Source: Bdellovibrio sp. (GTDB lineage Bacteria > Bdellovibrionota > Bdellovibrionia > Bdellovibrionales > Bdellovibrionaceae). From it: a stretch of DNA of 64,000 bases. The stretch is from assembly GCA_036677065.1 (NCBI GenBank), contig JAKFBS010000001.1:384001-448000 (forward strand). The letters are read 5' to 3'. Below the pieces are notes generated by a model. That model was not told the origin of the DNA and did not search any database. It was given only the letters and a program-made list of their open reading frames with translations. Made by a program: the position numbers and the translations under genes. Below are positions 19,735 through 28,829 of this stretch, one piece after another (within the stretch, counting starts at the first letter, position 1; every line of letters begins with the position of its first letter).

Positions 19735-20505
19735 TTAGTTAATTAATTTTTTACGAATTTGCGTATAAGCCAGTGTGCACAACACCGCGCTTTGCACGAC
19801 AAGGATTCCGCCATGAAAGGCGAGGGCTTCAAGAATATCTTTATTCCAGAATAGCGCCTGAGCAATGCGAACGCCGTGAATCAACGGAAAGAAGTTTGCG
19901 ATAAAACGAACGATATTATTCATTTGTTCGATCGGAAAAAATATTCCTGACAAAAAATATAACGGGGCTATTAAAAATGAATATACCGTTTGAAATTGAT
20001 TAATGTTTTTTACCCAAGCTGTCGCTAATAATCCCATCGCTCCGCACGGAACAGCCACTAAACATCCGACAATGGCTACGGCTGGAATTAACCATGGATT
20101 TACCATTAATCCACAAAGTGCCAGTACAACTGCTACACCAACCGCCATCAATGCGCCCTTAAGACCGACCCAAATTAATTCTCCAAAAACGACTTCTCTG
20201 ACGCCGATCGGAGTCGTTAGCATGGCTTTGAAAACATTTTCATAGCTCATGCGAACGTAAAAGCCGTAACTGCTTTCAAAAAACGAGGTAAAAAGCGCAG
20301 TGGCCACAGTTAGGCCCGGAGCTAAAAATTGCATATAGCTCATGCCTTCAACATTAGTTAAATAAGAACCAAGGCCTAATCCCAATGACACTAAAATTAA
20401 TGCCGGATCTGCAACTGTGGGTGAAATATTAGAAATAAAATCTTTTTTATAGACTGTCCAATTGCGAAGGGTGATGTAAAAAAATAATTGAATGGTGTTA
20501 AGCAT
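19735..20505 (-). CDS. ABC-2 type exporter permease (NodJ-like)
   Basis: GLGLG....VEGMSYMQFLAPG, LTTPI, SGIFFP; six TM segments. Confidence 0.88.
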   Translation of the reverse strand: MLNTIQLFFYITLRNWTVYKKDFISNISPTVADPALILVSLGLGLGSYLTNVEGMSYMQFLAPGLTVATALFTSFFESSYGFYVRMSYENVFKAMLTTPIGVREVVFGELIWVGLKGALMAVGVAVVLALCGLMVNPWLIPAVAIVGCLVAVPCGAMGLLATAWVKNINQFQTVYSFLIAPLYFLSGIFFPIEQMNNIVRFIANFFPLIHGVRIAQALFWNKDILEALAFHGGILVVQSAVLCTLAYTQIRKKLIN

Positions 20506-21409
20506 CGGCTGTTAATTCCTGTCCAGTGACTTTTAAAAAAACGTCTTCTAGATTCGAAGGTCTGATTTGAAGCGGAGTTAAATTATTTTTCGTGTGCAAA
20601 GTTGTTAATTCATCTAATGAATTTGTGCGCACGTATAATCCCGAAGTGTCTTCAGTTAGGGTGTATGAGTTATTGCTGGCGACAATTTTTTGCACTTGTT
20701 CGCGATTCTCAATAGAAAAAATTCCAACATAGCCTGGGGTGTGTAGATTAATTAATTCTTTCGGGCTGCCTTGGCCCACCACTAAACCTTTATTCATAAT
20801 CACTAGGCGATTACATAAAACTTCAGCTTCATGCATATAGTGCGTAGTTAAAACAATGGTTGTGCCCTGATTATGTAATTCTTTAACTTTACCCCATAAT
20901 AAATGGCGAACTGCCGGATCTAATCCAGTGGTAGGTTCATCTAGAATTAATAATTCAGGTTTGCCTAAAAGGGCGCGTACAAACACTAAGCGGCGTTTCA
21001 TGCCGCCAGACAAAGCCATGATCGGCATATCTTTTTTATGCATCAGATTCATGTATTCTAAAAGTTCTTCGACTCGTTTTTTACGTTCATTTTTAGCTAC
21101 GCCAATAAAAGCGCAGTAGATCATCATGTTTTCAAATACAGTTAATGATTCATCGAGCGCATTTTCTTGGGTGACCACGCCCATGCGTCTTTTAATATCA
21201 CGGCTATGTGTTTTTGGATCGTAACCAAACACACTTAAATTACCTGAAGTGCGCTGTACGCTTCCGTAAGTCATACTGATAAAAGTGGATTTACCTGCGC
21301 CATTGGGTCCAAGCAATCCGAAACATTCGCCTTTATTAATTTGCAAATTTAATCCATCAACGGCTGCAAAATCACCGAATTTCTTAATTAACGAAGTAGC
21401 TGTTATCAT
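20498..21409 (-). CDS. ABC exporter ATP-binding protein (NodI-like)
   Basis: GPNGAGKS, LSGGMKRR, LDEPTTGLDP, TTHYM.EAE. Confidence 0.92.
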   Translation of the reverse strand: MITATSLIKKFGDFAAVDGLNLQINKGECFGLLGPNGAGKSTFISMTYGSVQRTSGNLSVFGYDPKTHSRDIKRRMGVVTQENALDESLTVFENMMIYCAFIGVAKNERKKRVEELLEYMNLMHKKDMPIMALSGGMKRRLVFVRALLGKPELLILDEPTTGLDPAVRHLLWGKVKELHNQGTTIVLTTHYMHEAEVLCNRLVIMNKGLVVGQGSPKELINLHTPGYVGIFSIENREQVQKIVASNNSYTLTEDTSGLYVRTNSLDELTTLHTKNNLTPLQIRPSNLEDVFLKVTGQELTADA

Positions 21410-21823
21410 TTACTGTTTATCCGCAGCCTGATTAAACATCCAGTTCACGCCGTATTTATCAGTTAGCATGCCGAATTGCAGGGCCCAAAAAGTTTTTTGC
21501 AATGGCATTGTGATTTTTCCACCTTCAGCTAATTTGTTAAATGCTGTAGAAGGATCAGAAATTTTATCATAATTTACTGATAACTGAATGTTATTGCCGA
21601 AGGTAACATCATTTCCAGAATGTGAATCTGAGGCCATTAATTCAGTGCCGCGAATTTTAAATACCGTATGAATGATTTTATCCTTTGATTCTGCAGCTAC
21701 ATCAGTCGGTGTGTCACCGTAACGCGAGGTAAAAAGCACTTCGCCGTTAAATGTCTGGCAATAAAATTTGACGGCCTCTTCGCAGTTGCCGTTGAATAAA
21801 AGATAAGTTTGTAATCCTGCCAT
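21410..21823 (-). CDS. VOC/PhnB family protein
   Basis: YL.FNGNCEEA..FY, LMASD, MPLQKTFW...FGMLTDKYGVNW. Confidence 0.93.
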   Translation of the reverse strand: MAGLQTYLLFNGNCEEAVKFYCQTFNGEVLFTSRYGDTPTDVAAESKDKIIHTVFKIRGTELMASDSHSGNDVTFGNNIQLSVNYDKISDPSTAFNKLAEGGKITMPLQKTFWALQFGMLTDKYGVNWMFNQAADKQ

Positions 21824-21881
21824 ACGGGCTCCTTTGCGGGTTGTTTCAAAGATTGCTCATCTTAGCCCAAGATGCCAGACT

Positions 21882-22112
21882 ATGAAAATGAAAATCACCG
21901 TGGCTGTGAAGCCTAACAGCAAAAAAGAATTGGTCGAGCAAATGCCCGATGGAACATATACGGTTCGCGTTAATGTGCCTCCGGTAGAAGGTAAAGCCAA
22001 TGAGCGGGTCATTGAGCTGTTGTCTGAACACTTCAGACGGCCCAAGTCATTGATCACACTGGTCAGTGGGCTAAAAAGTAAAAAGAAAATATTTTCGATC
22101 GGGAGTAAATAA
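21882..22112 (+). CDS. DUF167 (YggU-like) protein
   Basis: V.VKPNSK, V..PPVEGKAN, L.SG..S..K. Confidence 0.9.
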   Translation: MKMKITVAVKPNSKKELVEQMPDGTYTVRVNVPPVEGKANERVIELLSEHFRRPKSLITLVSGLKSKKKIFSIGSK

Positions 22113-22116
22113 AACG

Positions 22117-22875
22117 ATGAAAAACTTATTTGTTATTATCATAGGGTCATGTCTATTTGTGGGTTGCGCTTCAATTCGAACCGACTCGTCAAATCCTTCG
22201 CTGCAAAGCCCGATCACGGCGACGTCAGAAAAATTAGGGTTTAATTTAGAACTGGGGTCGTCAGATCGAATTAAATTTACCGATGATGCCAGCGCAAGAC
22301 CACCGACGATTGCATTAGTGCATAGCCGCAGTAATGATGTGCGTGCGAATTTACTTTACGGTATTAATCAAAGCCTTGATATCAGTGCCGGCATCACGAG
22401 CAGTGCTGGATTAAATTTATCTTCGCGCCTGCGTTTAATGGGTGATCACGCCTCAACTTGGTCGATGGCCGGAACATTTTTTTTAAATTTTGATAATAGT
22501 TCAAAATCTGGTGATCAATTGGGTGAATTTGGGCCAAGTGGTTATAACTGGAAGGCCGATGCAAGCTCTACTTTATCAGCCTTAGGCGTTGCCGTTGGTT
22601 ACCGTAGTTCAGAAAATTTATTATTTATTGCCAATGCCGGCGTTGGCCAAACCACAGCCAAGTTAGAAATTACGCAGGAGCCTGGAACCAGCGACCCTGG
22701 CGGAAGTTACAGCAGTGATACCAAAGCACCATTACACAATTTAGGCGCAGGCGCCGTGTTTGGCCGTGATGGGTTAGTCACTTTAGGTGTAATGTACACG
22801 CGTAAACAGTGGCAAGATTCAAGCTTAGGTGATACATCTACGACACACGCCATTTTAAAATTAGAGACACGTTAA
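22117..22875 (+). CDS. Putative lipoprotein / outer-membrane beta-rich protein
   Basis: Lipobox FVGC; amphipathic beta-strand pattern. Confidence 0.6.
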   Translation: MKNLFVIIIGSCLFVGCASIRTDSSNPSLQSPITATSEKLGFNLELGSSDRIKFTDDASARPPTIALVHSRSNDVRANLLYGINQSLDISAGITSSAGLNLSSRLRLMGDHASTWSMAGTFFLNFDNSSKSGDQLGEFGPSGYNWKADASSTLSALGVAVGYRSSENLLFIANAGVGQTTAKLEITQEPGTSDPGGSYSSDTKAPLHNLGAGAVFGRDGLVTLGVMYTRKQWQDSSLGDTSTTHAILKLETR

Positions 22876-22876
22876 T

Positions 22877-23500
22877 ATGAAATATTGGATTTTTGATTTA
22901 GACGGAACCTTAGTAGATTCATTCGCTGGTTATTTTTCAACTGTCGAAAAAATTTTAAATAAAACGATGAGTACTGAAGAGCGCAAAGTTTGTGTAAGTC
23001 TGCATCCGACAGATTTATTTGCAATGCATTTGCCGCCAGAAAAAAGCAAAGAAGCTTTAATGGAACTTCGCCGCATGGACCCCGCAGCAGTAGCTAATGT
23101 TGCAAAATTTTCTGCAATTGATAATTTATTTCAGCATTTAAAAACTAAGGGCTGTCATATCTCTATTTTTACCAGCCGTGATTTAACTTCGGCTAAGCTA
23201 ACTGTTAAAGGTACGGGCTTAGATCAATACGTCGATCATTTAATTTCTGGAGACTGTGTGTCTGAAAAAAAACCAAATCCAGAAGGTCTACACCAGCTGC
23301 AAAAACTATATAATTGTAAATACGAAGACATGGTCATGATCGGTGATCATGACTGCGATATGCAAGCCGGCACTCAAGTCGGCGCTTATTCAGTGCGCGC
23401 AAGCTGGCATACCCACTGGGAACACGAAAATTGTGAATTAGCGCATCAGCAATTTCATTCAGATGATCAATTCTTATCTTGGGTTAAAGAAACTATCTAA
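22877..23500 (+). CDS. HAD-superfamily hydrolase (phosphoglycolate phosphatase-like)
   Basis: FDLDGTLVDS, KP.PEG, MIGD...D. Confidence 0.92.
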   Translation: MKYWIFDLDGTLVDSFAGYFSTVEKILNKTMSTEERKVCVSLHPTDLFAMHLPPEKSKEALMELRRMDPAAVANVAKFSAIDNLFQHLKTKGCHISIFTSRDLTSAKLTVKGTGLDQYVDHLISGDCVSEKKPNPEGLHQLQKLYNCKYEDMVMIGDHDCDMQAGTQVGAYSVRASWHTHWEHENCELAHQQFHSDDQFLSWVKETI

Positions 23501-24405
23501 AGAATTTCGCTTAAAGCTTTTTGGCTGGCCGCGAATATTTTGTCGCTGACGATTTTTAATCGAGCTGATGAAGACATGGAAACCGGCGATACAATTGAAA
23601 CCGGAAAGCCAACATTGCTCCATCCAGGTAAAATTCTGACTAATCTTTTTTGTTCCAGCTCATGTTTAACCAGATAACTTGGAACAAGGGCTACACCACC
23701 GCCAGCGATCGCTACCTGCAGTAAGCTTGTCATTTGATTGCTTTCAGTTTTAACGTTGATGGCAACCTTTACGGCTTCTTTTTTGTTTTTTAAATCCCAG
23801 CGTTGCGCCATGGATAAGCCTGAAATACTTAAACAATCATGTTTTACTAAATCCTGGGGTGAATTTATTTTTCCACGTTTTTCTAAGTACTGTGGTGATG
23901 CGACCGGAATCAAATTCACTTCGCCAATGCGTTTAGCTTTTAATCCACTTTGTTTAAGAGTGCCGATACGAATCGCAAAATCAAAACCATCTTTAACCAG
24001 ATCAACCACTTGATTGGTGTAAAACAATTCAAAAGAAAGTTTGTCATAACTTTGCAAAAGTTCACCAATCATCGGCGCAATGACATGCGTGCCTAAATCT
24101 TCTGGGGCGGTGATTCGAATTTTTCCGGCAACGATAGCATCTTGGCCAAATAGGGATTTTTGGGCGTCTTCTAAGATTTGTAAGGGTTCTAAACAGGTCT
24201 CATAAAAGGCCCGGCCCGCAGCGGTGAGCGTTTGGCTTCGGGTAGTACGGATTAAAAGTTTTGTTCCGGTTTCACGCTCTAAACGAGACAGAGCTTTACT
24301 GACTGTAGATTTAGGAATTTTCAATGAATCCGCAGCCTTAGAGAAGCTGCCATACTGGATAACTTTGACAAAAATACGAGTTAGTTCAATTCCTATTGTT
24401 TCCAT
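23497..24405 (-). CDS. LysR-type transcriptional regulator (CrgA/DmlR-like)
   Basis: GSFSKAA..L..PKSTVS...LE...G.KL..RTTR HTH; GFDFAIRIG. Confidence 0.95.
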   Translation of the reverse strand: METIGIELTRIFVKVIQYGSFSKAADSLKIPKSTVSKALSRLERETGTKLLIRTTRSQTLTAAGRAFYETCLEPLQILEDAQKSLFGQDAIVAGKIRITAPEDLGTHVIAPMIGELLQSYDKLSFELFYTNQVVDLVKDGFDFAIRIGTLKQSGLKAKRIGEVNLIPVASPQYLEKRGKINSPQDLVKHDCLSISGLSMAQRWDLKNKKEAVKVAINVKTESNQMTSLLQVAIAGGGVALVPSYLVKHELEQKRLVRILPGWSNVGFPVSIVSPVSMSSSARLKIVSDKIFAASQKALSEIL

Positions 24406-24417
24406 ATAGAAACAATA
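24394..24417. promoter_or_regulatory. LysR-type operator overlapping the lysR start codon
   Basis: TATTGTTTCcatataGAAACAATA, 9-bp perfect arms, in the divergent lysR/nmrA region. Confidence 0.7.
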
Positions 24418-24502
24418 TAATTCAATTAGGCCGTCTAATCAACAATCGAAAACTAGGCGATAATGATTGCATACAGTCATTCATCAAACAAAAGGAGTTT
24501 AT

Positions 24503-25348
24503 ATGAAAAAAGATTTAATTTTAGTAGTTGGGGCCTCGGGTACAGTGGGTTCTGAAATCGTTCGTCAATTAAAAGCTGAAGGTTATGCCGTTCGGGCAAC
24601 AACCAGTAAACCAGTTGCTGAAAACACTTCAGAATTAGTTCATGTGAATATGGCTACGGGCGAAGGCATCAAAGCGGCTTTTGAAAATGTCGATAAAGTG
24701 TTTTTACTATCGCCTCCGGGTTATGCCGATCAGTACGCGATGTTATCGCCTTTGGTTCAAGAAGCTAAACGCCGTGCTCTAAAAAAAGTAGTGTTAATGA
24801 CAGCCATGGGAGCTAATGCTAACGAAGCTGCCCCATTTCGCAAAGTAGAAATCGAATTAGAAAAATCAGGTTTAAATTATAACATTATTCGCCCGAATTG
24901 GTTTATGCAAAATTTTAACTCGTTCTGGTTGCAAGGTATTCGCGAACAGAAAAAAATTCTATTACCAGCCGGTAAAGCTAAAGTCAGTTTTATCGATGCC
25001 CGCGATATTTCAACAGTAGCGACTAAATTATTAATCAGTGATGAATTTAATAATAAAGATTTTGATTTAACTGGTCCACAAGCCGTCGATCATGATTATG
25101 TAGCCACACAGATCAGTAGAGCTACCGGAGATACAATTACTTATAACGAAACTACGCCAGAAGAATTTCGTAAGGGTTTAACAGCTGCAGGTCTACCGAA
25201 TGATTATGTCGATTTTATGGTAATGATTATGGGATTTTTACGTGAAGGTTACAGCGCAGCTGTAAATGATAATGTTAAAAAAATCACCGGCCGCGAAGCC
25301 ATTGCAGTTTCGCAATATGCGCAAGATTATAAAAAAGCCTGGATGTAG
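24503..25348 (+). CDS. NmrA-like / atypical SDR oxidoreductase
   Basis: GASGTVG, RPNWFMQN, VSFIDARDI; AAGGAG RBS before 24503. Confidence 0.9.
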   Translation: MKKDLILVVGASGTVGSEIVRQLKAEGYAVRATTSKPVAENTSELVHVNMATGEGIKAAFENVDKVFLLSPPGYADQYAMLSPLVQEAKRRALKKVVLMTAMGANANEAAPFRKVEIELEKSGLNYNIIRPNWFMQNFNSFWLQGIREQKKILLPAGKAKVSFIDARDISTVATKLLISDEFNNKDFDLTGPQAVDHDYVATQISRATGDTITYNETTPEEFRKGLTAAGLPNDYVDFMVMIMGFLREGYSAAVNDNVKKITGREAIAVSQYAQDYKKAWM

Positions 25349-25424
25349 CTAGGGAAATTCGCCACTGTGACGGGTGAAAAGGCTACGGCGTCGTTCCCAT
25401 TATATCCTATTGACCTTCTGCGCT

Positions 25425-25440
25425 TGGCGACTTTTTTGCA
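25425..25440 (+). promoter_or_regulatory. sigma54 -24/-12 promoter candidate
   Basis: TGGCGActtttTTGCA, 29 bp upstream of ATG 25470. Confidence 0.55.
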
Positions 25441-25469
25441 CAAATTGCCCAATGCAGAGGGGTGTATTT

Positions 25470-25979
25470 ATGAAGACAGATAAACATTTTATATTTTTGG
25501 TTGAAGATAATGCCGATGATGAAGCGTTAACATTACGCGCCCTGAAAAAAAATAACATCAGTAATCAAGTCATTGTGGCTCGTGATGGAGCGGAGGCTTT
25601 AGAATTTTTGTTTGCCGAAGGCAAATACGCCGACCGAGACATGACGGTGCAGCCGCAAGTGATGTTGCTTGATTTAAACCTGCCAAAAATTGATGGATTA
25701 AATGTTTTAAAAAAATTGCGCAGTGACGAGCGCACGAAACTGATTCCAGTGGTGATCTTAACATCGTCAAAAGAAGAACAAGATATTATGGAAGGTTATA
25801 GCTTAGGCGCCAACAGTTATGTGCGAAAACCTGTTGATTTCAACGATTTCAGCGAAGCTATTCGTCAGCTTGGACTATATTGGTTGATATTAAATGAAGT
25901 CGCAAAAGGTCCACAGACAGATCAAATGGCGCAAATTAATCGTGCACCGGCAGAAAATAAATCATTCACTCACCACTAG
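25470..25979 (+). CDS. Single-domain response regulator (Rcp1-like)
   Basis: LVEDN.DD..L...AL, LLDLNLPKIDG, ILTSS.EE.D, GANSYVRKPVDF. Confidence 0.93.
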   Translation: MKTDKHFIFLVEDNADDEALTLRALKKNNISNQVIVARDGAEALEFLFAEGKYADRDMTVQPQVMLLDLNLPKIDGLNVLKKLRSDERTKLIPVVILTSSKEEQDIMEGYSLGANSYVRKPVDFNDFSEAIRQLGLYWLILNEVAKGPQTDQMAQINRAPAENKSFTHH

Positions 25980-25994
25980 CTGCGGGAGCCAAGC

Positions 25995-27179
25995 GTGAAA
26001 CTTTTTTTTCTGGTCATGATAATTTCTATTTCTGTTTCTGCGGCAGAAACAAAAACTGCAGATGCTCACTCTATTGAAGATATCGAACAGCGAATTATCG
26101 AATTAGAACAACGTCAAAAAGATATGAACATCTGGTACGAAAATTTTTATCTGTTAGGAAAAGGAAGAGTAGCACCATTTTTAGGAGAGAGCCTGTCGAT
26201 TGGTGGTTTTTTTGAAACCGCGGTGACTCATCTTTACGGCTCAGATATGGAAACGCAAACTTCAGGAAATATTCACACTTTAGGTTTAAATTTAGCTGCG
26301 CAGTTTAATGAAAAAACTAAATTTGTGACTCAGACTGTGACTCGATTAGTAATTCCGCTCAGAAATTTAAATAACAATCCTACTTTAACTCCACCACAAC
26401 GTGGCTTTGTGGGTTATAACTTTTTTTCAATCGTAGCTCAGGGTTATCTTGAATATCGAATCTCAGATTTTTTTATTGTGCAGTCTGGTCTTGGTTATAC
26501 GCCCTTCGGAATCGCTTCGCAGCAACGCGAACCGCAGTTGTTTCGCCTGCGGGGCGGTTCACAAATCATTGCCTATGACGACGGAGACACCATAGGAATT
26601 TTATCTCCGCTATGGACAGGTTTGCATTTTTACGGAGTCTTACCCGTGAATCGTAATCTTGGTTATGATCTGTATACATTTACCCCGGTCACTAAAGTTT
26701 CAACCTTGGGAGTCGGTGGCAGGCTTTGGTATAAAGCAAGCGAGAATGTGACTATCGGAACCTCAGTACAGTCAGGTGAACAGGCTAAAGGACATTTTTT
26801 TTCACACGGATTTGATCTAGATTTAAAATACAACGAGTATGGTTTTGTATCTGAATATGGACATGCCACTAATTATGGTCATGTGCTCGATGCAGAATTT
26901 TATTATTTTGAACCCTACGTAAAATTTGCTGAAGACAGATGGCTATTTTTTTTAAACGCTGAATATATTGATACACTTGAGCGCACCGATGTGATTACGC
27001 ACCTTCCAGATCCGGTTAAAAAATGGCAATACGGTGGGGGATTTAATTGGCTGCCGATACCGAATGCGCGTTTGCGTTTAACTTATTTGTATCACGATTA
27101 TATTGATGAAACTGATACGATCAGTGGGCAAGAGCGTGATTACAACGTCATTGATTTTTCAACGGCAGTAGCCTTTTAG
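25995..27179 (+). CDS. Outer-membrane porin-like beta-barrel A with N-terminal coiled coil
   Basis: Signal peptide, IEQRIIELEQRQK coiled coil, amphipathic strands, C-terminal Phe (AVAF). Confidence 0.75.
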   Translation: MKLFFLVMIISISVSAAETKTADAHSIEDIEQRIIELEQRQKDMNIWYENFYLLGKGRVAPFLGESLSIGGFFETAVTHLYGSDMETQTSGNIHTLGLNLAAQFNEKTKFVTQTVTRLVIPLRNLNNNPTLTPPQRGFVGYNFFSIVAQGYLEYRISDFFIVQSGLGYTPFGIASQQREPQLFRLRGGSQIIAYDDGDTIGILSPLWTGLHFYGVLPVNRNLGYDLYTFTPVTKVSTLGVGGRLWYKASENVTIGTSVQSGEQAKGHFFSHGFDLDLKYNEYGFVSEYGHATNYGHVLDAEFYYFEPYVKFAEDRWLFFLNAEYIDTLERTDVITHLPDPVKKWQYGGGFNWLPIPNARLRLTYLYHDYIDETDTISGQERDYNVIDFSTAVAF

Positions 27180-27186
27180 GTATAAG

Positions 27187-28368
27187 ATGCGGTTGATAAT
27201 TGCTGTAACTATTTTTTCTTTAACTTTTATCGCACAAGCTAGCTTGGCTTCAGAAAAAATTGCTGAACTTCAACAGCGTTTGCACGACCTCGAAATGCAG
27301 CAAAAAGAAATAGAAGACTGGTACACTAATTTTTATCTTTTAGGCAAAGACCGTGTGGGTTCATTCCTGGATAATAAAATTTTTTTGGGTGGATATTTTG
27401 AAACTAGTATTTCTAATATTAGTGGCCCAGATATGCAAACCCAAACATCTTCAAATAACCAGGCCTTAGGCATTAGTGTTACGGCCGAACTGAATGAAAA
27501 CATTCGATTAGTTACCCAGACGTTAACAGCCGGTGGAATTCCCTTGCGCAACCAACATAACAATCCAAACTTGACGCCATCACACCGTGAGTATTCAGGT
27601 TATGTTTTTGGTTCTCTTCTGGCTCAGGGGTATTTAGAATACAGGCCAGGCAATTTTTTTAATTTACAAGCGGGATTAGGCTACATTCCCTTTGGAATAG
27701 CTTATCAACAGCGCGAACCAGTTTTATTTAAGAAGCGTGGTGGACCGCAAATGCTGCTCAATGATGATGGAACTGGCGTTGGTATCTCTTCAGCGCTTTG
27801 GATGGGATTGCATATTTATGGATTTCTTCCGTTTGAAAAAAAAAGCATGGGCTACAATCTGTATACAGTTCCTCCGGCCAGTAAAGTTAATATGATTGGA
27901 GCGGGCGGCAGACTTTGGTGGGCCGTGAGCGAAAATTTAAAAACAGGCGTCTCTTTTCAATATGGAGAAAAAGTTCAGAGCAGTTATTTGAGTCAAGGTG
28001 TAGACATCGATTTTAAACATAGCAACTATGGATTTTTAAGTGAATATGCGGTCGTTGATTATTCGGGAAATGATTTAAGCGCAAAGAGTTATTATTTTGA
28101 ACCCTACTACAAACTTTTCGAAGGCCGCTGGGTTGTCTTTGTAAATATAGAATATATAAAATTACCTACTCGCGTTGATGCAGCTACACAAACGCCTGAG
28201 CCTATCGAAAAACGGTTTTATGGGGCCGGAGTTAATTGGCTGCCACTGCCTACAACTCGGCTTCGGTTGAATTATTTAAAACACGATTACATTAAAGAAA
28301 CTGATAGTATCGACGGGCAAAAACGTGACTATGCCCAAGTCGAACTTTCAATGGCCGTAGCCTTTTAG
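27187..28368 (+). CDS. Outer-membrane porin-like beta-barrel B (paralogue of A)
   Basis: Shares WY.NFYLLGK.RV, AQGYLEYR, PFGIA.QQREP, YYFEPY.K, NWLP.P..RLRL.YL.HDYI and AVAF with A. Confidence 0.75.
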   Translation: MRLIIAVTIFSLTFIAQASLASEKIAELQQRLHDLEMQQKEIEDWYTNFYLLGKDRVGSFLDNKIFLGGYFETSISNISGPDMQTQTSSNNQALGISVTAELNENIRLVTQTLTAGGIPLRNQHNNPNLTPSHREYSGYVFGSLLAQGYLEYRPGNFFNLQAGLGYIPFGIAYQQREPVLFKKRGGPQMLLNDDGTGVGISSALWMGLHIYGFLPFEKKSMGYNLYTVPPASKVNMIGAGGRLWWAVSENLKTGVSFQYGEKVQSSYLSQGVDIDFKHSNYGFLSEYAVVDYSGNDLSAKSYYFEPYYKLFEGRWVVFVNIEYIKLPTRVDAATQTPEPIEKRFYGAGVNWLPLPTTRLRLNYLKHDYIKETDSIDGQKRDYAQVELSMAVAF

Positions 28369-28376
28369 GAAAAAAA

Positions 28377-28817
28377 ATGACTCTGCGAAACTGCATAATC
28401 ATTATTACGATCATGTTAGCTTTACAAATAGCATTGGCACAGTCTGATGATATCGTGTTTATTGTTAACGCTGAAAATCCTGCTGAAAAATTAACTGTTG
28501 CAGAAATTCGCGATTTTTATTTTAAACGTAAACGCCGGTGGAACAGCGGCGAAAGTATTCGCTTTATGGATAGAACTAATGGGCCGCTGCGCGAAAAATT
28601 TTTAAAAAAATACATTAATAAAACAACTTCTGATGTTGAGCTTTTCTGGATCGGCCAAAAACTTTATTCGGGAGACAGCGCGCCTTTAAAAGAGGCCTCT
28701 GATTCTACGACAATGCGTTTTGTTGGCTCGCTTAAAGGAGCGATCGGCTATGTCTCAGAAGCTACAGTTTTACGTAAAAATGTAAAAGTGATTAAAGTAG
28801 AAAGTGTAGAGGAATAG
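28377..28817 (+). CDS. Small periplasmic binding protein (type 2 PBP, phosphate-binding-like)
   Basis: Signal peptide; IVN.ENP...L....IRDFY.....W.SG; V....GAIGYV. Confidence 0.75.
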   Translation: MTLRNCIIIITIMLALQIALAQSDDIVFIVNAENPAEKLTVAEIRDFYFKRKRRWNSGESIRFMDRTNGPLREKFLKKYINKTTSDVELFWIGQKLYSGDSAPLKEASDSTTMRFVGSLKGAIGYVSEATVLRKNVKVIKVESVEE

Positions 28818-28829
28818 TTTATCAATACG

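Noticed and set aside
19735..21409. Nodulation genes nodIJ
   Set aside because: Generic ABC-2 exporter; no nodABC-like genes
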